Below, in pieces: positions 46,838 to 48,350 of a stretch of DNA of 48,350 bases. The position numbers were made by a program, and so were the translations under genes. The DNA comes from Chiloscyllium plagiosum (taxonomy: Eukaryota). The notes beneath the pieces were generated by a model. It was not told the origin of the DNA, made no database searches, and was given only the letters and a program-made list of their open reading frames with translations. Position 1 is the first letter of the stretch. Every line of letters starts with the position of its first letter. The stretch lies in the NCBI RefSeq assembly GCF_004010195.1, contig NC_057718.1, positions 47,057,360 to 47,105,709 on the forward strand, read 5' to 3'.

Positions 46838-48350
46838 ATTGTTTTGGAACTTTGGAAAAAAAAGTCAAAACAATAGCAGTTTTAAAAGGGAGAAGAGCAG
46901 ACAAAGGAAGCACATGGTGAGGACAGTGCAGGAGAGAGAGAGAGAGAGAGAGACAACCTGTACAGTTACCGCCTTTGCTGTTTGAATTCATGTATCGCTG
47001 GACATCGGAGTGCATCTGGGAAAATTAACAAACAGTGAAATTCACAACTAATCTTGGAGGAACTGTTGGGCAAAGTTCACAGCACAGAATCAGATAAGTT
47101 AATTGTTGTTTTAAGTCTGTCCAAGAGAGAGGCTGTATTAGTGAGTACAGTGGGTTCTTTCTTGATTATATGTTTTTGGAGATAAGTCTCTTGATTAAAC
47201 TTAAAATATAAGCCATAGCTATTAATTTAACCTGGGGCAGTGTTTGTAGAGGAATAAGACGGTGTTATTTTCTGGGTCTGTAGATTGTGAAGGAGTAAAA
47301 ATGGCCTTTGCAGAGATATGTATTCTTGTCAGATGTGGGAGTTTAAAGAGAGTTTAAGGTTACTGCGGATTATATATGCTGTTGGATGCGAATCTTATCA
47401 GATCGAGTGGATCGGTTGGAGAGACACATCAAAGCAATGAGGAATTTGCAACAGCAACAATATGTGATGGATGGCAGTTATAGGAAGGGGAGAAAGTCTC
47501 AGATACAGTCACATAGATGGGTTAACTCCAGGAAGGGTAAGAGAGGTAGGCAGTTAGTGTAGGAGCCTTTTGTGGATATACCCATTTCAAACAGGTATGC
47601 TGTTTTGGAAAATGTAGGGGGTGGTGGATTCTCAGGGGAACGTAGCACAAACAACCAAGTTTCTGGTATTGAGACTGGCTCTAATGCAACGAGGGGTACG
47701 TCGGCTTCCAAGAGATCAATTGTGTTCGGGGATTCTGTAGTCAGGTACAGACGGATGTTTCTGTGGCCAGCAGAGAAAAAGCAGAATGATGTGTTGTTTC
47801 CCTGGTGCCAGAATCAAGGATGTCTCAGAGAGGGTGTAAAATGTTCTCACAGGGGAGAGGGGCCAGCAGGAGGTCATTGTCCACATTGGAACCAACGACA
47901 TAGGAATGGAAAAGGTTGAGATTGTGAAGGGAGATTACAGAGAGTTAGGCAGGAATTTAAAAAGGAGGTCCTCAAGGGTAGTAATATCTGGATTACTCCC
48001 AGTGCTATGAGCTAGTGAGGGCAAGAATAGGAGGATAGAGCAGATGAATGCATGGCTGAGGAGCTGGTGTATGGGAGAAGGATTCACATTTTTGGATCAT
48101 TGGAATCTCTTTTGGGGTAGAAGTGACCTGTACAAGAAGGACGGATTGCACCTAAATTGGAAAGGGACTAAAATACTGGCAGGGAAATTTGCTAGAACTG
48201 CTCGGGAGGATTTAAACTATTAAGGTGGGGGGGTGGGAGCCAGGGAGATAGTGAGGAAAAGGATCAATCTGAGACGGGTACAGCTGAGGACAGAAGTGAG
48301 TCAAACAGTCAGGGCAGGCAGGGACAAAGCAGAGAACAAGGTAGGACTGA
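46838..48350 (+). mobile_element. 5' part of a CR1 LINE of the same subfamily as 40628-43845 (continues beyond the window)
   Basis: 5' UTR collinear with about 40720-41198; ORF1 ATG 47301; frameshifted esterase with FGDSV, HIGTND and KDGLHLNWKG. Confidence 0.92.

Noticed and set aside
296..48350. Most ORFs in the supplied track as stand-alone genes
   Set aside because: They are short, often start at non-ATG codons, and are antisense or frameshifted pieces of retroelements, or chance ORFs in eukaryotic intronic DNA.

Overview
This is vertebrate DNA from a cartilaginous fish (shark-type repeats: HE1-like SINEs, HER1/CR1 LINEs, Penelope-like elements, DeuSINE-like SINEs), not prokaryotic. Repeat family names are recognised from memory, not from a database search. 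Most of the window is nested, decayed mobile elements: three CR1 LINEs retaining 5' ends with an SGNH-esterase ORF1 plus many CR1 fragments, a second CR1/L2-group LINE with a companion SINE, several Penelope insertions with minimal hammerhead-ribozyme motifs and fold-back structure, solo LTRs, a Gypsy remnant and a probable Harbinger remnant. There are two assembly gaps. In the unique sequence between repeats I find a phase-compatible chain of short minus-strand exons (38831 to 1091), which suggests most of the window is intronic within one protein-coding gene that I cannot name. No intact transposon ORF2, free-standing RNA gene or CRISPR array is supported. The best leads are the hidden exon chain, the hammerhead-bearing Penelope fold-backs with 13-bp TSDs, and a LINE whose 5' end matches the tRNA-like head of a SINE that also shares its 3' tail.
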